Part shown: positions 54,077-64,000 of the stretch, piece by piece | Layout: the number at the start of each line of letters is the position of its first letter | Numbering within the stretch: the stretch's first letter is position 1 | From: Betaproteobacteria bacterium | Lineage (GTDB): Bacteria; Pseudomonadota; Gammaproteobacteria; Burkholderiales; SG8-39 | Length of the DNA stretch: 64,000 bases | NCBI GenBank assembly: GCA_025356085.1 | Contig: JANXUV010000015.1 | Span: 449-64,448, forward strand | Reading direction: 5' to 3' | Made by a program: the position numbers and the translations under genes | The notes under the pieces: model-generated | Databases searched by the model: none | What the model was told of the DNA's origin: nothing | Seen by the model: only the letters and a program-made list of their open reading frames with translations

Positions 54077-54768
54077 TCCCCGGCGGGGACGATGCGGAAT
54101 TCCGTTACCGACGGCTCTGCGGCAAGGCGAGCCGAAAGTTTCTGCGTGTTGGAGGCATGCAGGGTTCTCAGGACCATCTGATATTCGAAATCCCGCCCCT
54201 CGCCGGCAATGCGGTAGCTTAGATTGGCCACGTCGAAGCCGTGATCCGCGATCAGACCGCGCAATTCTGCCTCGGGCATGGCTTTCTCCCGCGGAAACCG
54301 CACCAGAAAGTTGGCGTAGTACTCCGAGGGCATTTTGCCTTCGATCCAGCGGAACACCGATAGCGTGCCCAGCGTGAGGACGGTCGCGATCCCTGCGGGA
54401 AAATAGAATCCGATGCCGATGAGGATGCCGATCGAGGCGGTCATCCAGATGGAAGCCGCGGTGGTGAGCCCGCGCACAGAGAGACCCTCCTTCACGATCA
54501 CCCCGGCGCCTAGAAAGCCGATGCCGGTCATGATCCCCTGCGACATGCGTGTCGGATCGAGCACCGTGCGCGCGCTGCCGCCGGAAAACCAGAGATGCTC
54601 GTACACCGTCACCAGCATCAGCAGACTGGAGGCGGTGCAGACGAGAGCATGAGTGCGGAAACCGGCCGGCCGGCCGCGGTAGCTGCGCTCCAAGCCGATC
54701 AGCGCGCCCGCGGCGAGCGCCACGACCAGCCTGAAGGACATCTCGGTGTAGTCGCCGCTGAGTGTCAT
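54073..54768 (-). CDS. mgtC: MgtC/SapB family membrane protein
   Basis: ORF trimmed to ATG 54768. The segment [26 protein letters not shown] is the MgtC signature. C-terminal soluble ACT-like domain. Confidence 0.85.
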   Translation of the reverse strand: MTLSGDYTEMSFRLVVALAAGALIGLERSYRGRPAGFRTHALVCTASSLLMLVTVYEHLWFSGGSARTVLDPTRMSQGIMTGIGFLGAGVIVKEGLSVRGLTTAASIWMTASIGILIGIGFYFPAGIATVLTLGTLSVFRWIEGKMPSEYYANFLVRFPREKAMPEAELRGLIADHGFDVANLSYRIAGEGRDFEYQMVLRTLHASNTQKLSARLAAEPSVTEFRIVPAGD

Positions 54769-54814
54769 GGTTTTGTCACAATCAGTGTAAGCTAAAATCC
54801 AGAGCCCGATCTCG

Positions 54815-56191
54815 ATGCCTCTTCTCCACGTCGTTATCCTCGCCGCAGGCCAGGGCAAGCGCATGCATTCTGCGTTGCCCAAGGTGCTGCATCGCATTGC
54901 CGGTCGTCCGCTGCTTGCGCACACGATCCACGCGGCGCGCTCGCTCAAACCCGATTGCATTCACGTCGTTTACGGGCATGGCGGCGCCGAGGTACGCGCC
55001 GCCTTCGAAGGCGCAGACGTGGAATGGGTGGAGCAGAAGCGCAGGCTTGGCACCGGGCATGCGCTGATGCAGGCGCTGCCGAGAATTCCGCGTGCCGCGA
55101 CCGTGCTGGTACTGAACGGCGACGTGCCGCTGGTGCGCAGCGAGATGCTTCGCAAGCTCGTGCGCTCCGCCGGCAAGGGCATCGCCATCGCCACCAGCGA
55201 CCTGTCGGATGCAACCGGCTGCGGGCGTGTACTTCGCGATGCGAAGGGGCGGGTGCAGCGCATCGTCGAACAAAAGGATGCGACCCGGGCCGAGCTCGCG
55301 ATTCGCGAATGGTACGCGGGCTTTCTCGCCGGCAACGCATCGCGCCTCGCCGGCTGGCTCGCCAAGGTCGCCAATCGCAACGCGCAGAAGGAGTATTACC
55401 TGACCGATCTGATCCGAATCGCGGCCGCCTCGGCTGCGCCGGTAGTCGCCGTGAAGGCAACGGAGCGGATGGAGGTCGCGGGCGTGAACTCGCGCGAAGA
55501 ACTGGCGATCCTGGAGCGCGCCTATCAGAACGGGCAGGCGAAAAAGCTGCTCGCAGCGGGCGTGGCGCTGGCGGATCTGTGGCGGGTGGACGTGCGCGGC
55601 GAACTTGCCTGCGGGCAGGATGTCTCAATTGACTTGAACTGCGTTTTTGAAGGCAAAGTCAGGCTCGGCGACCGCGTGAAGATCGGCCCCAATTGCGTGC
55701 TGCGCAACGTCACCATCGCCGCCGATTCGGAAGTGCTCGCCTTCTCGCTGCTGGAGGAGGCCGAGGTCGGACCCGGCTGCCGTGTCGGTCCTTACGCGCG
55801 CCTGCGCCCTGGAGCGAAGCTGGCGAAGGGCGTGCACATCGGCAACTTCGTCGAAGTGAAAGCGAGCCGAATCGGCGCGGGCTCCAAGGCGAACCACCTC
55901 TCTTACATCGGCGATGCCGAAGTGGGCAACGGGGTCAACATCGGCGCCGGTACCATCACCTGCAACTACGACGGCGTCGCCAAGCACCGCACCGTGATCG
56001 AAGACGGCAGCTTCATCGGCTCGGATGCGACGCTGGTCGCGCCGGTACGCATCGGCAAGGGTTCCTACATCGGCGCCGGATCGACGATCAGCAGGGACAC
56101 GCCCGCGGGGCAGCTCACGCTGGCGCGCGCCCGGCAGCTGTCGATCCCGCGCTGGACACCGCCGAAAAGGAAACCGGCGGGAGGGAAGTAG
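54815..56191 (+). CDS. glmU: Bifunctional UDP-N-acetylglucosamine pyrophosphorylase / glucosamine-1-phosphate N-acetyltransferase
   Basis: VILAAGQGKRMHSALPKVLH N-terminus and C-terminal left-handed beta-helix hexapeptide repeats. Confidence 0.95.
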   Translation: MPLLHVVILAAGQGKRMHSALPKVLHRIAGRPLLAHTIHAARSLKPDCIHVVYGHGGAEVRAAFEGADVEWVEQKRRLGTGHALMQALPRIPRAATVLVLNGDVPLVRSEMLRKLVRSAGKGIAIATSDLSDATGCGRVLRDAKGRVQRIVEQKDATRAELAIREWYAGFLAGNASRLAGWLAKVANRNAQKEYYLTDLIRIAAASAAPVVAVKATERMEVAGVNSREELAILERAYQNGQAKKLLAAGVALADLWRVDVRGELACGQDVSIDLNCVFEGKVRLGDRVKIGPNCVLRNVTIAADSEVLAFSLLEEAEVGPGCRVGPYARLRPGAKLAKGVHIGNFVEVKASRIGAGSKANHLSYIGDAEVGNGVNIGAGTITCNYDGVAKHRTVIEDGSFIGSDATLVAPVRIGKGSYIGAGSTISRDTPAGQLTLARARQLSIPRWTPPKRKPAGGK

Positions 56192-56194
56192 GCC

Positions 56195-58021
56195 ATGTGC
56201 GGAATCGTGGGGGCGGCGGCGAAGCGGGACATCGTGCCAATCCTGATCGAAGGCCTGAGGCGGCTCGAATACCGCGGCTACGATTCGGCCGGCGTTGCCG
56301 TCAGCGACCAGGGCCTGAAGCGCGTACGCTCGCAAGGTCGGGTAGCGGCGCTCTCCGAGCAGATCGAGAAGGAGCATCTCAGCGGCCGGACAGGTATTGC
56401 CCATACGCGCTGGGCGACGCATGGCGCGCCATCCGAGGCCAACGCGCATCCGCACATTTCCGGCGGCCTGGCGGTGGTCCATAACGGCATCATCGAGAAC
56501 TATGAGGCCATCCGCACGCGCCTGAAGACGGCGGGCTACAAGTTCACCTCGGAAACAGATACTGAGGTGATTGCGCACTTGATTGCGCACTACCGCAAGG
56601 AAAGCAAGGACCTGCTCGGCGCCGCAGTGCGGGCGGTCAGCGAACTCGAAGGCGCATTCGGAATTGCCGTGGTCTCGGGCGATGCGCCAGACACCGTGGT
56701 ACTGGCAAAAAAAGGCGCGCCAATCCTGCTCGGGCTGGGCGAAGGCGAGAATTTCGCGGCATCCGACGTATCCGCGCTGCTGCAGGTCACCCGCCGCGTG
56801 ATCTACCTGGATGACGGCGATTGCGCGGAGATCACACCCGCGGGCTACCGCATCGTGGACGCGGACGGCCACCCGGTGGAACGCAAGATCCACGTCTCGG
56901 AACAGTCCGCGCAGGCGGCCGAACTCGGGCTTTACCAGCATTTCATGCAGAAGGAGATCTTCGAGCAGCCGGTGGCGATCGCCAATACGCTGGAAACGGT
57001 GCTCGGCGCGAGCTCGCTGCAGGCAGGCCTGTTTGGCACGGAAGCGGGCGACCTGTTGAAGAACGCGACGTCCGTGCACATCGTCGCGTGCGGCACGAGT
57101 TATAACGCGGCGCTGATCGCGGGCTACTGGCTGGAAGCCATCGCCGGTATTCCGGCGCGCGCCGAGATCGCCAGTGAGTACCGCTACCGTCAGTCCGTTC
57201 CCGATCCCAAGGGCCTGTTCATCACCCTCTCGCAGTCGGGCGAAACCGCCGACACGCTGGCGGCACTGGAGCATGCCAAGGCGCTGGGTTATCAGGCGAC
57301 GCTTTCCATCTGCAACGTGCCAGAGAGTTCGCTGGTGCGCGCCTCCAAGCTGCGCTTCCTCACGCGCGCCGGCCCTGAGATTGGCGTCGCATCGACCAAG
57401 GCCTTCACCACGCAACTTGCCGCTCTCTTCCTGCTCGCACTGGTCACCGCGCGCGCGCGTGGCCGCCTTGATTCGGCAACGGAGCGCGCCTACCTGAAGG
57501 CGCTGCGGCACCTGCCGGCCGCCATGCAAGGGATCCTGAGCGTCGAAGAGGAGGTTCGCGTCTGGGCGAAGCGCTTCAGCACCAAGGAACACGCGCTGTT
57601 CCTCGGTCGCGGCATCCACTGGCCCATCGCCATGGAGGGCGCGCTTAAACTCAAGGAGATCACCTACATCCACGCCGAGGCATACGCAGCGGGCGAGCTC
57701 AAGCACGGTCCGCTAGCGCTCGTGGACGAGAACATGCCGGTGATTGTGGTTGCGCCCAGCGACACTTTGATCGAGAAGGTGAAATCCAACATGCAGGAAG
57801 TACGCGCGCGCGGCGGCGAGCTGTTTGTATTTGCGGACGTAGGCAGTCGCATCGAGCGAAGCGAAGGCGTACATATCATCAAGCTCGCCGAGCACGCAGG
57901 TCCGCTGTCGCCGATCCTGCACGTAGTCCCGCTGCAACTGCTCGCGTACCACACCGCGCTGGCGCGCGGCACAGACGTGGACAAGCCGCGCAACCTGGCG
58001 AAGTCGGTCACCGTAGAGTAG
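56195..58021 (+). CDS. glmS: Glutamine-fructose-6-phosphate aminotransferase
   Basis: MCGIVG N-terminal nucleophile, two SIS domains, C-terminal ...NLAKSVTVE. Confidence 0.97.
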   Translation: MCGIVGAAAKRDIVPILIEGLRRLEYRGYDSAGVAVSDQGLKRVRSQGRVAALSEQIEKEHLSGRTGIAHTRWATHGAPSEANAHPHISGGLAVVHNGIIENYEAIRTRLKTAGYKFTSETDTEVIAHLIAHYRKESKDLLGAAVRAVSELEGAFGIAVVSGDAPDTVVLAKKGAPILLGLGEGENFAASDVSALLQVTRRVIYLDDGDCAEITPAGYRIVDADGHPVERKIHVSEQSAQAAELGLYQHFMQKEIFEQPVAIANTLETVLGASSLQAGLFGTEAGDLLKNATSVHIVACGTSYNAALIAGYWLEAIAGIPARAEIASEYRYRQSVPDPKGLFITLSQSGETADTLAALEHAKALGYQATLSICNVPESSLVRASKLRFLTRAGPEIGVASTKAFTTQLAALFLLALVTARARGRLDSATERAYLKALRHLPAAMQGILSVEEEVRVWAKRFSTKEHALFLGRGIHWPIAMEGALKLKEITYIHAEAYAAGELKHGPLALVDENMPVIVVAPSDTLIEKVKSNMQEVRARGGELFVFADVGSRIERSEGVHIIKLAEHAGPLSPILHVVPLQLLAYHTALARGTDVDKPRNLAKSVTVE

Positions 58022-58024
58022 TCG

Positions 58025-59587
58025 GTGAGCCTGGACGCCGTCGTCGTTGGCGCCGGCCACAATGGCCTGGTCTGCGCCTGCTACCTGGCGCGCGCGGGTC
58101 TCAAAGTGAAAGTGCTCGAGCGACGTGGCGTCGTCGGCGGCGCCGCGGTCACGGAAGAATTTCATCCCGGATTCCGCAATTCGGTCGCCGCCTACACCGT
58201 CAGCCTGCTGCAGGCGAAGGTGATCCGTGAACTGCGCCTGGCGGAGCACGGCTTGCGCATCGTCGAGCGGCCGCTGGCGAATTTCCTGCCGCTCGACAAT
58301 GGCTATCTGAAGGTCGGCGGCGGCCTGGAGGCGACGCAGAAGGAATTTTCGAAGTTTTTCGCGCGCGACGCGAAGCGCCTCCCGCACTACTGGGCCAAGC
58401 TCGAGCGCGTCGCCAACGTGCTGCGCGACGAGGTCCTCGAAACGCCCCCCAACGCCGGGGGAGGGGTTAGGGATCTCCTGGGTCTTTTTCGTTCCGGACT
58501 GAGAATCAAGAAGCTATCCGTTGATGCGCAACGTGACCTGGTCGGGCTCTTTACCCGGAGTGCGGCGGAGTGGCTGGAGGACTGGTTCGAGTCCGAGCCG
58601 GTGAAAGCGGTGTTCGGCTTCGATGCGGTGGTCGGCAATTACGCCAGCCCCTACCACCCGGGCACCGCCTACGTGCTGCTGCACCACTGCTTCGGCGAAG
58701 TGAACGGCAGGCGCGGCCAGTGGGGCCATGCCATCGGCGGCATGGGCGCGATCAGCGAAGCGCTGGCCGCGGAAGCCCGCCGTCTCGGCGTCGAGATCGC
58801 GTGCGACGCGCCGGTGGCGCGCGTACAGCCGGGTGCGGTGACGCTTGCCGACGGCCGCGAGTTCGCGGCGCGCGCGATCGTCGCCAACGTCAATCCGAAG
58901 ATGCTGTTCCTGCAGATGGTCGATGCCTCGCTGCTCGAATCTGATTTCCGCGAACACATGCAGCGCTACAAGTGCGCGTCCGCCACCTTCCGGATGAATG
59001 TCGCCCTGTCCGCGCTGCCGAAATTCTCTTGCCTGCCCGAGGACGGGCCGCACCATGGCGCGGGCATCATCCTCGCGCCTTCGCTCGGCTACATGGATCG
59101 CGCCTACCTGGACGCGCGCGCCTCGGGCATCGCCCGCCAGCCGATTGTGGAAATGGTCATCCCGAGCACGCTGGACGACAGCCTCGCGCCCAAGGGCGCG
59201 CATGTGGCGAGCCTGTTCTGCCAGCACTTTGCGCCCGACGCGGACTGGGGCGGCCGCAAGCAGGAAGCCATCGACCGTATCTTCGACGTGGTCGAGTCGC
59301 ATGCACCGGGTTTCCGGCGCAATGTGATCGCGCACAGCGCGCTCTCGCCGGCCGACCTGGAGCAGGTGTTCGGACTTACGGGCGGCGACATCTTTCACGG
59401 CCAGCTCTCGCTCGACCAGCTCTGGTCGGCGCGTCCGATGCTCGGCCACGCCGACTACCGCTCGCCGGTGAAGGGGCTCTATCTCTGCGGCTCCGGCGCC
59501 CACCCGGGCGGCGGCGTCACCGGCGCGCCCGGGCACAACTGCGCGCGCGAAGTGCTGCGGGATTTCGGCAAACGCATGCCGGCTTGA
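58025..59587 (+). CDS. FAD/NAD(P)-dependent oxidoreductase, phytoene desaturase (CrtI)-like family
   Basis: DAVVVGAGHNGLVCACYLARAGLKVKVLE dinucleotide-binding N-terminus, 520 aa. GTG start 3 nt after the glmS stop. Confidence 0.8.
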   Translation: MSLDAVVVGAGHNGLVCACYLARAGLKVKVLERRGVVGGAAVTEEFHPGFRNSVAAYTVSLLQAKVIRELRLAEHGLRIVERPLANFLPLDNGYLKVGGGLEATQKEFSKFFARDAKRLPHYWAKLERVANVLRDEVLETPPNAGGGVRDLLGLFRSGLRIKKLSVDAQRDLVGLFTRSAAEWLEDWFESEPVKAVFGFDAVVGNYASPYHPGTAYVLLHHCFGEVNGRRGQWGHAIGGMGAISEALAAEARRLGVEIACDAPVARVQPGAVTLADGREFAARAIVANVNPKMLFLQMVDASLLESDFREHMQRYKCASATFRMNVALSALPKFSCLPEDGPHHGAGIILAPSLGYMDRAYLDARASGIARQPIVEMVIPSTLDDSLAPKGAHVASLFCQHFAPDADWGGRKQEAIDRIFDVVESHAPGFRRNVIAHSALSPADLEQVFGLTGGDIFHGQLSLDQLWSARPMLGHADYRSPVKGLYLCGSGAHPGGGVTGAPGHNCAREVLRDFGKRMPA

Positions 59588-59614
59588 CCTTCCTATGATG
59601 GGAGGGTCCAATGT
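59584..59614 (+). promoter_or_regulatory. MerR/CueR-type promoter-operator of copA (TTGACC - 19 bp - CAATGT)
   Basis: 19-bp spacer carrying the imperfect dyad GACCTTCC-N6-GGGAGGGTC (7 of 8 arm positions complementary). It closely resembles the E. coli PcopA CueR box TTGACCTTCC...GGAAGGT. Confidence 0.6.
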
Positions 59615-59623
59615 GGCGCCACC

Positions 59624-61909
<2,286 letters not shown>

Positions 61910-61911
61910 CG

Positions 61912-62358
61912 ATGAGAAAACGCCAACTGCCGCTCGAACATGCCGATGCGCTCGTGCGGGGCCTGCTCGACATCGGGCGCACCTCGAAGGAAAGCGGTGT
62001 CTCGGTGAAGATGATCCGCCACTACGAGGCCATCGGGCTGCTGAAGAACGTCGCCCGCACCTACGCCAACTACCGCGTCTACTCGGACAAGGACGTGCAC
62101 ACGCTGCGTTTCATCAAGCGCGCTCGTACGCTCGGTTTCTCGATGGACGACGTTCGCGAACTGCTGGCGCTGTGGGAGAACAAGTCGCGCCCGAGCGCCT
62201 CGGTGAAGAAGATCGCCGGCGGTCACATGCAGGACCTGAAGCGGCGCATCGTCGAAATGCAGTCCATGGTGGCGACGCTGGAGCACCTGACCCACAACTG
62301 CCACGGCGACGGCCGGCCCGACTGCCCAATCCTGGACGACCTGGCGCATGCCGCTTGA
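61912..62358 (+). CDS. cueR: MerR family Cu(I)-responsive regulator (CueR/HmrR-like)
   Basis: SGVSVKMIRHYEAIGLL...YRVYSDKDVHTLRFIKRARTLGFSMDDVRELL and the C-terminal metal loop CHGDGRPDCPI. A GTG at 61954 would give the more usual length. Confidence 0.88.
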   Translation: MRKRQLPLEHADALVRGLLDIGRTSKESGVSVKMIRHYEAIGLLKNVARTYANYRVYSDKDVHTLRFIKRARTLGFSMDDVRELLALWENKSRPSASVKKIAGGHMQDLKRRIVEMQSMVATLEHLTHNCHGDGRPDCPILDDLAHAA

Positions 62359-62385
62359 CTCTCCCACCATGTCAAGGTCGATACT
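62355..62385 (+). promoter_or_regulatory. Second MerR/CueR-type promoter (TTGACT - 19 bp - GATACT)
   Basis: Same architecture as the copA promoter, with about 29 of 43 ungapped positions identical by hand alignment. The -35 overlaps the cueR stop codon, and the right half-site AAGGTC is present. Confidence 0.55.
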
Positions 62386-62394
62386 GGCTGCACC

Positions 62395-62505
62395 ATGAAA
62401 ACTTGCTGCGAACTTGCTTCCTGTGCTTGCTCGCGGTGGGCCCTCAAGTCCGTCTGGAGCCGCTTAGCCTGCCTGTGGCGCCATGACCTGAGCCGCCTCG
62501 GCTGA
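62395..62505 (+). CDS. Hypothetical Cys-rich 36-aa small ORF (MKTCCELASCACSRWALKSVWSRLACLWRHDLSRLG)
   Basis: Its ATG lies 9 nt after the -10 of the second CueR-type promoter, the same geometry and the same CACCATGA context as copA. It ends 11 nt before the SD-less cupredoxin gene. Below the ORF-track size cutoff. Codon third positions are less GC-rich than the neighbouring genes. Confidence 0.25.
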   Translation: MKTCCELASCACSRWALKSVWSRLACLWRHDLSRLG

Positions 62506-62516
62506 CGCGAAACACC

Positions 62517-62951
62517 ATGTCGAGAATCGCGATCCTGGTTCTGACGCTGGCGCTGGCTGGCGGTGCCTGGGCGCGCGAGGACTTCGGCCGTCCGGGCGAC
62601 CCTGGCGAGGCGACGCGCACCGTCCGCATCGGTATGGCTGACACCATGCGCTATTCACCCTCGGAACTAACGGTCCAGCGCGGCGAGACGGTGAAATTCG
62701 CCGTCGTCAACAATGGCAAGCAGAAGCACGAGATGGTGATCGGCACGATGAAAGAGCTGAAAGCGCACGCTGAGATGATGAAGAAGCATCCCGGCATGGA
62801 GCACGACGAACCCCACATGGTGCACGTCGCGCCGGGCAAGAACGAGACCCTGGTCTGGCAGTTCACGAAGGCGGGTACCTTCTATTTCGGCTGCCTCGAA
62901 CCGGGACATTTCGAGGCCGGCATGATTGGAAAGGTGAAGGTCGTCAAATGA
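62517..62951 (+). CDS. Periplasmic cupredoxin-fold copper protein (CopI-like)
   Basis: Signal peptide MSRIAILVLTLALAGGAWA. Type-1 Cu ligand pattern H...C-x4-H-x4-M (FGCLEPGHFEAGM). His/Met-rich stretch KAHAEMMKKHPGMEHDEPHMVH. Confidence 0.8.
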   Translation: MSRIAILVLTLALAGGAWAREDFGRPGDPGEATRTVRIGMADTMRYSPSELTVQRGETVKFAVVNNGKQKHEMVIGTMKELKAHAEMMKKHPGMEHDEPHMVHVAPGKNETLVWQFTKAGTFYFGCLEPGHFEAGMIGKVKVVK

Positions 62952-63226
62952 GAGCCGTATTCAGCGCCGTTCTCCTTGCGCTCACGTTACCGTCCCTCGC
63001 GCAGGCGCTGGCCGACGGCGAGGTCCGCAAGATCGACAAGGCGGCCAGGAAGATCACGCTGAAACACGGCAATATCCAGAGCATCGACATGCCGCCGATG
63101 ACCATGGTGTTTCAGGTGAAGGACCTGGCCTTGCTCGACAAGGTGAAACCAGGCCAGAAGGTGAAGTTTCAGGCGGAGATGATCGGCGGAGCGGCGACCG
63201 TGACGCAGATCGAGCCGGCCAAATAG
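62948..63226 (+). CDS. cusF: Periplasmic Cu(I)/Ag(I)-binding protein, CusF family
   Basis: Signal peptide, the segment KITLKHGNIQSIDMPPMTMVFQV (compare E. coli CusF ...WPEMTMRF...), ATGA overlap with the upstream gene. Confidence 0.82.
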   Translation: MRAVFSAVLLALTLPSLAQALADGEVRKIDKAARKITLKHGNIQSIDMPPMTMVFQVKDLALLDKVKPGQKVKFQAEMIGGAATVTQIEPAK

Positions 63227-63241
63227 GCATAGAATCGCTGC

Positions 63242-63616
63242 ATGCTGTCGCGCTCGACTATTCGCAGAATCACGCGGTCACTGCTGGCGACGATGCTGTT
63301 CGCGCAAGGCGCACTCGCTGCGAGCGTGTGTGACATGCCGGAGCGTTCTGCGGCAAAGGCGATCGCGTCTGGAGCCATGCCCTGTCATCAGACGGCGCCC
63401 GCGGAGCGCAACGCGAATCTATGCCTTGCCGATTGCCTGAGCTTCGACCAGAGCACGGATACGCCGCAGCTTCCCGCGCTGGCGCCTTATCCGGCGCCGA
63501 TGCTGGTGGTGGAGATCGCGGCCCCCGCGCTGCCGCGATCCGAGTTTGCGGGCCACTGGCTCGCCGCCAGCACGGCTCCACCGCCCCGAATACTGTTCCA
63601 GTCCCTCCTGATCTGA
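63242..63616 (+). CDS. Hypothetical secreted Cys/His-containing protein (possible CzcI/CusD-type metal-efflux accessory protein)
   Basis: 124 aa with predicted signal peptide ...LLATMLFAQGALAASV and four Cys (CDM, MPCHQ, CLADC). Lies directly upstream of the outer-membrane factor gene. Family could not be assigned. Confidence 0.55.
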   Translation: MLSRSTIRRITRSLLATMLFAQGALAASVCDMPERSAAKAIASGAMPCHQTAPAERNANLCLADCLSFDQSTDTPQLPALAPYPAPMLVVEIAAPALPRSEFAGHWLAASTAPPPRILFQSLLI

Positions 63617-63684
63617 TTCTCCGCGCGCTGTAATACGGTGCCGGCATCCGCCGGCATTGGAACGCTTCACGCCCGGAGAATGTC

Positions 63685-64000
63685 ATGCGACTACTGCTGT
63701 GTTTACTGGCTGCGCTAGCCGCCGCCACAAGCGCGCCGCTTGGCGCACAGATCCGCAACATGGAGTCAGCGCTCGATCAGCAATTGCAGGAACTCGTTGC
63801 CGAGGCTGCGCGCAATAGCCCTGAAGTCCGGGCGGCAGGCAATGAGCGCCTTGCCGCACAGCATCGGGTGTCGCCCGCAGGGGCGCTCGACGATCCGATG
63901 CTCGAGGCCGGCGTGCTCAATGCACCGCTGAAAGGATCGGACACCTTCAGGCGCGAAGACATGACCATGAAGATGCTCGGTCTGTCGCAGAAAATCCCGT
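63685..64000 (+). CDS. Outer-membrane efflux protein (TolC/CusC/CzcC family), N-terminal fragment running off-window
   Basis: ATG 63685 behind GGAGA. MRLLLCLLAALAAATSAPLGAQ...VAEAARNSPEVRAA...DDPMLEAGVLNAPL...REDMTMKMLGLSQKIP is typical of the CzcC/CusC N-terminus. Open frame to the window end, so absent from the ORF track. Confidence 0.8.
   Translation, partial: MRLLLCLLAALAAATSAPLGAQIRNMESALDQQLQELVAEAARNSPEVRAAGNERLAAQHRVSPAGALDDPMLEAGVLNAPLKGSDTFRREDMTMKMLGLSQKIP

Noticed and set aside
54773-54798. TTGTCA ... TAAAAT upstream of glmU as a sigma70 promoter.
   Set aside because: The spacer is only 14 nt by my count, outside the functional 16-18 nt range. The -10 may be real, but the pair cannot be called.
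56192-56194. Looked for a glmS ribozyme or leader upstream of glmS, and for Tn7 ends or tns genes downstream of glmS.
   Set aside because: glmU and glmS are separated by only 3 nt, so there is no room for a leader, and the ribozyme is not expected in proteobacteria. The next gene starts 3 nt after glmS, and no transposon-end-like repeats or transposase ORFs are visible.
63639-63656. Hairpin TGCCGGC-ATCC-GCCGGCA between the 124-aa ORF and the cusC-like gene.
   Set aside because: It is a perfect 7-bp stem, but it is followed only by TTGG (no U-tract). It is probably just an intercistronic stabilising structure and is not called as a terminator.

Overview
GC-rich (roughly two-thirds G+C by eye) chromosomal segment, most consistent with a betaproteobacterium. 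The lineage call is inference from Bug/TTT receptors and from conserved synteny: mrcA divergent from pilMNOPQ-aroK-aroB then gltBD, engB divergent from cytochrome c4, and cyaY divergent from lptM-lysA. About 60 tightly packed genes, many translationally coupled through ATGA/GTGA overlaps. Left to right: (1) an organic-acid uptake and catabolism cluster with a CoA-transferase fragment, two Bug receptors, a complete TRAP transporter, enoyl-CoA hydratase, class V aminotransferase, GntR regulator and a 958-aa FAD/Fe-S/CCG oxidase; (2) lgt, a LysR regulator divergent from ilvD, cytochrome c551; (3) a livKHMGF-type ABC transporter; (4) a ferredoxin-NAD(P)H reductase, an SDR-like protein, cutA-dsbD, a VOC protein, hemB; (5) engB, cytochrome c4, b561, cytochrome c-prime, an ECF sigma/anti-sigma pair; (6) FAH hydrolase, NYN-LOTUS protein, a TPP enzyme; (7) lptM-lysA followed by an MFP+RND pump; (8) cyaY, mrcA, pilMNOPQ, aroKB, gltBD, mgtC, glmUS, a CrtI-like oxidoreductase; (9) a copper module with copA, cueR, a CopI-like cupredoxin, a cusF-like gene, a small Cys/His protein and the start of a CusC/CzcC-type outer-membrane factor. 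I found no rRNA, tRNA, CRISPR, IS or prophage genes. I see no large novel multi-gene system; most of the window is conserved core genome. The best candidates for something undescribed are small. First, an orphan plus-strand intrinsic terminator preceded by three stacked hairpins between hemB and engB, read as a candidate ~110-nt sRNA with C/U-rich anti-SD-like loops. Second, two paralogous MerR/CueR-type promoters with 19-bp spacers; the second drives a possible leaderless Cys-rich 36-aa sORF placed just upstream of an SD-less cupredoxin gene. Third, a cutA gene with an in-frame internal deletion that is still coupled to dsbD. All functional calls come from reading the translated ORFs from memory of protein families; no database search was possible.
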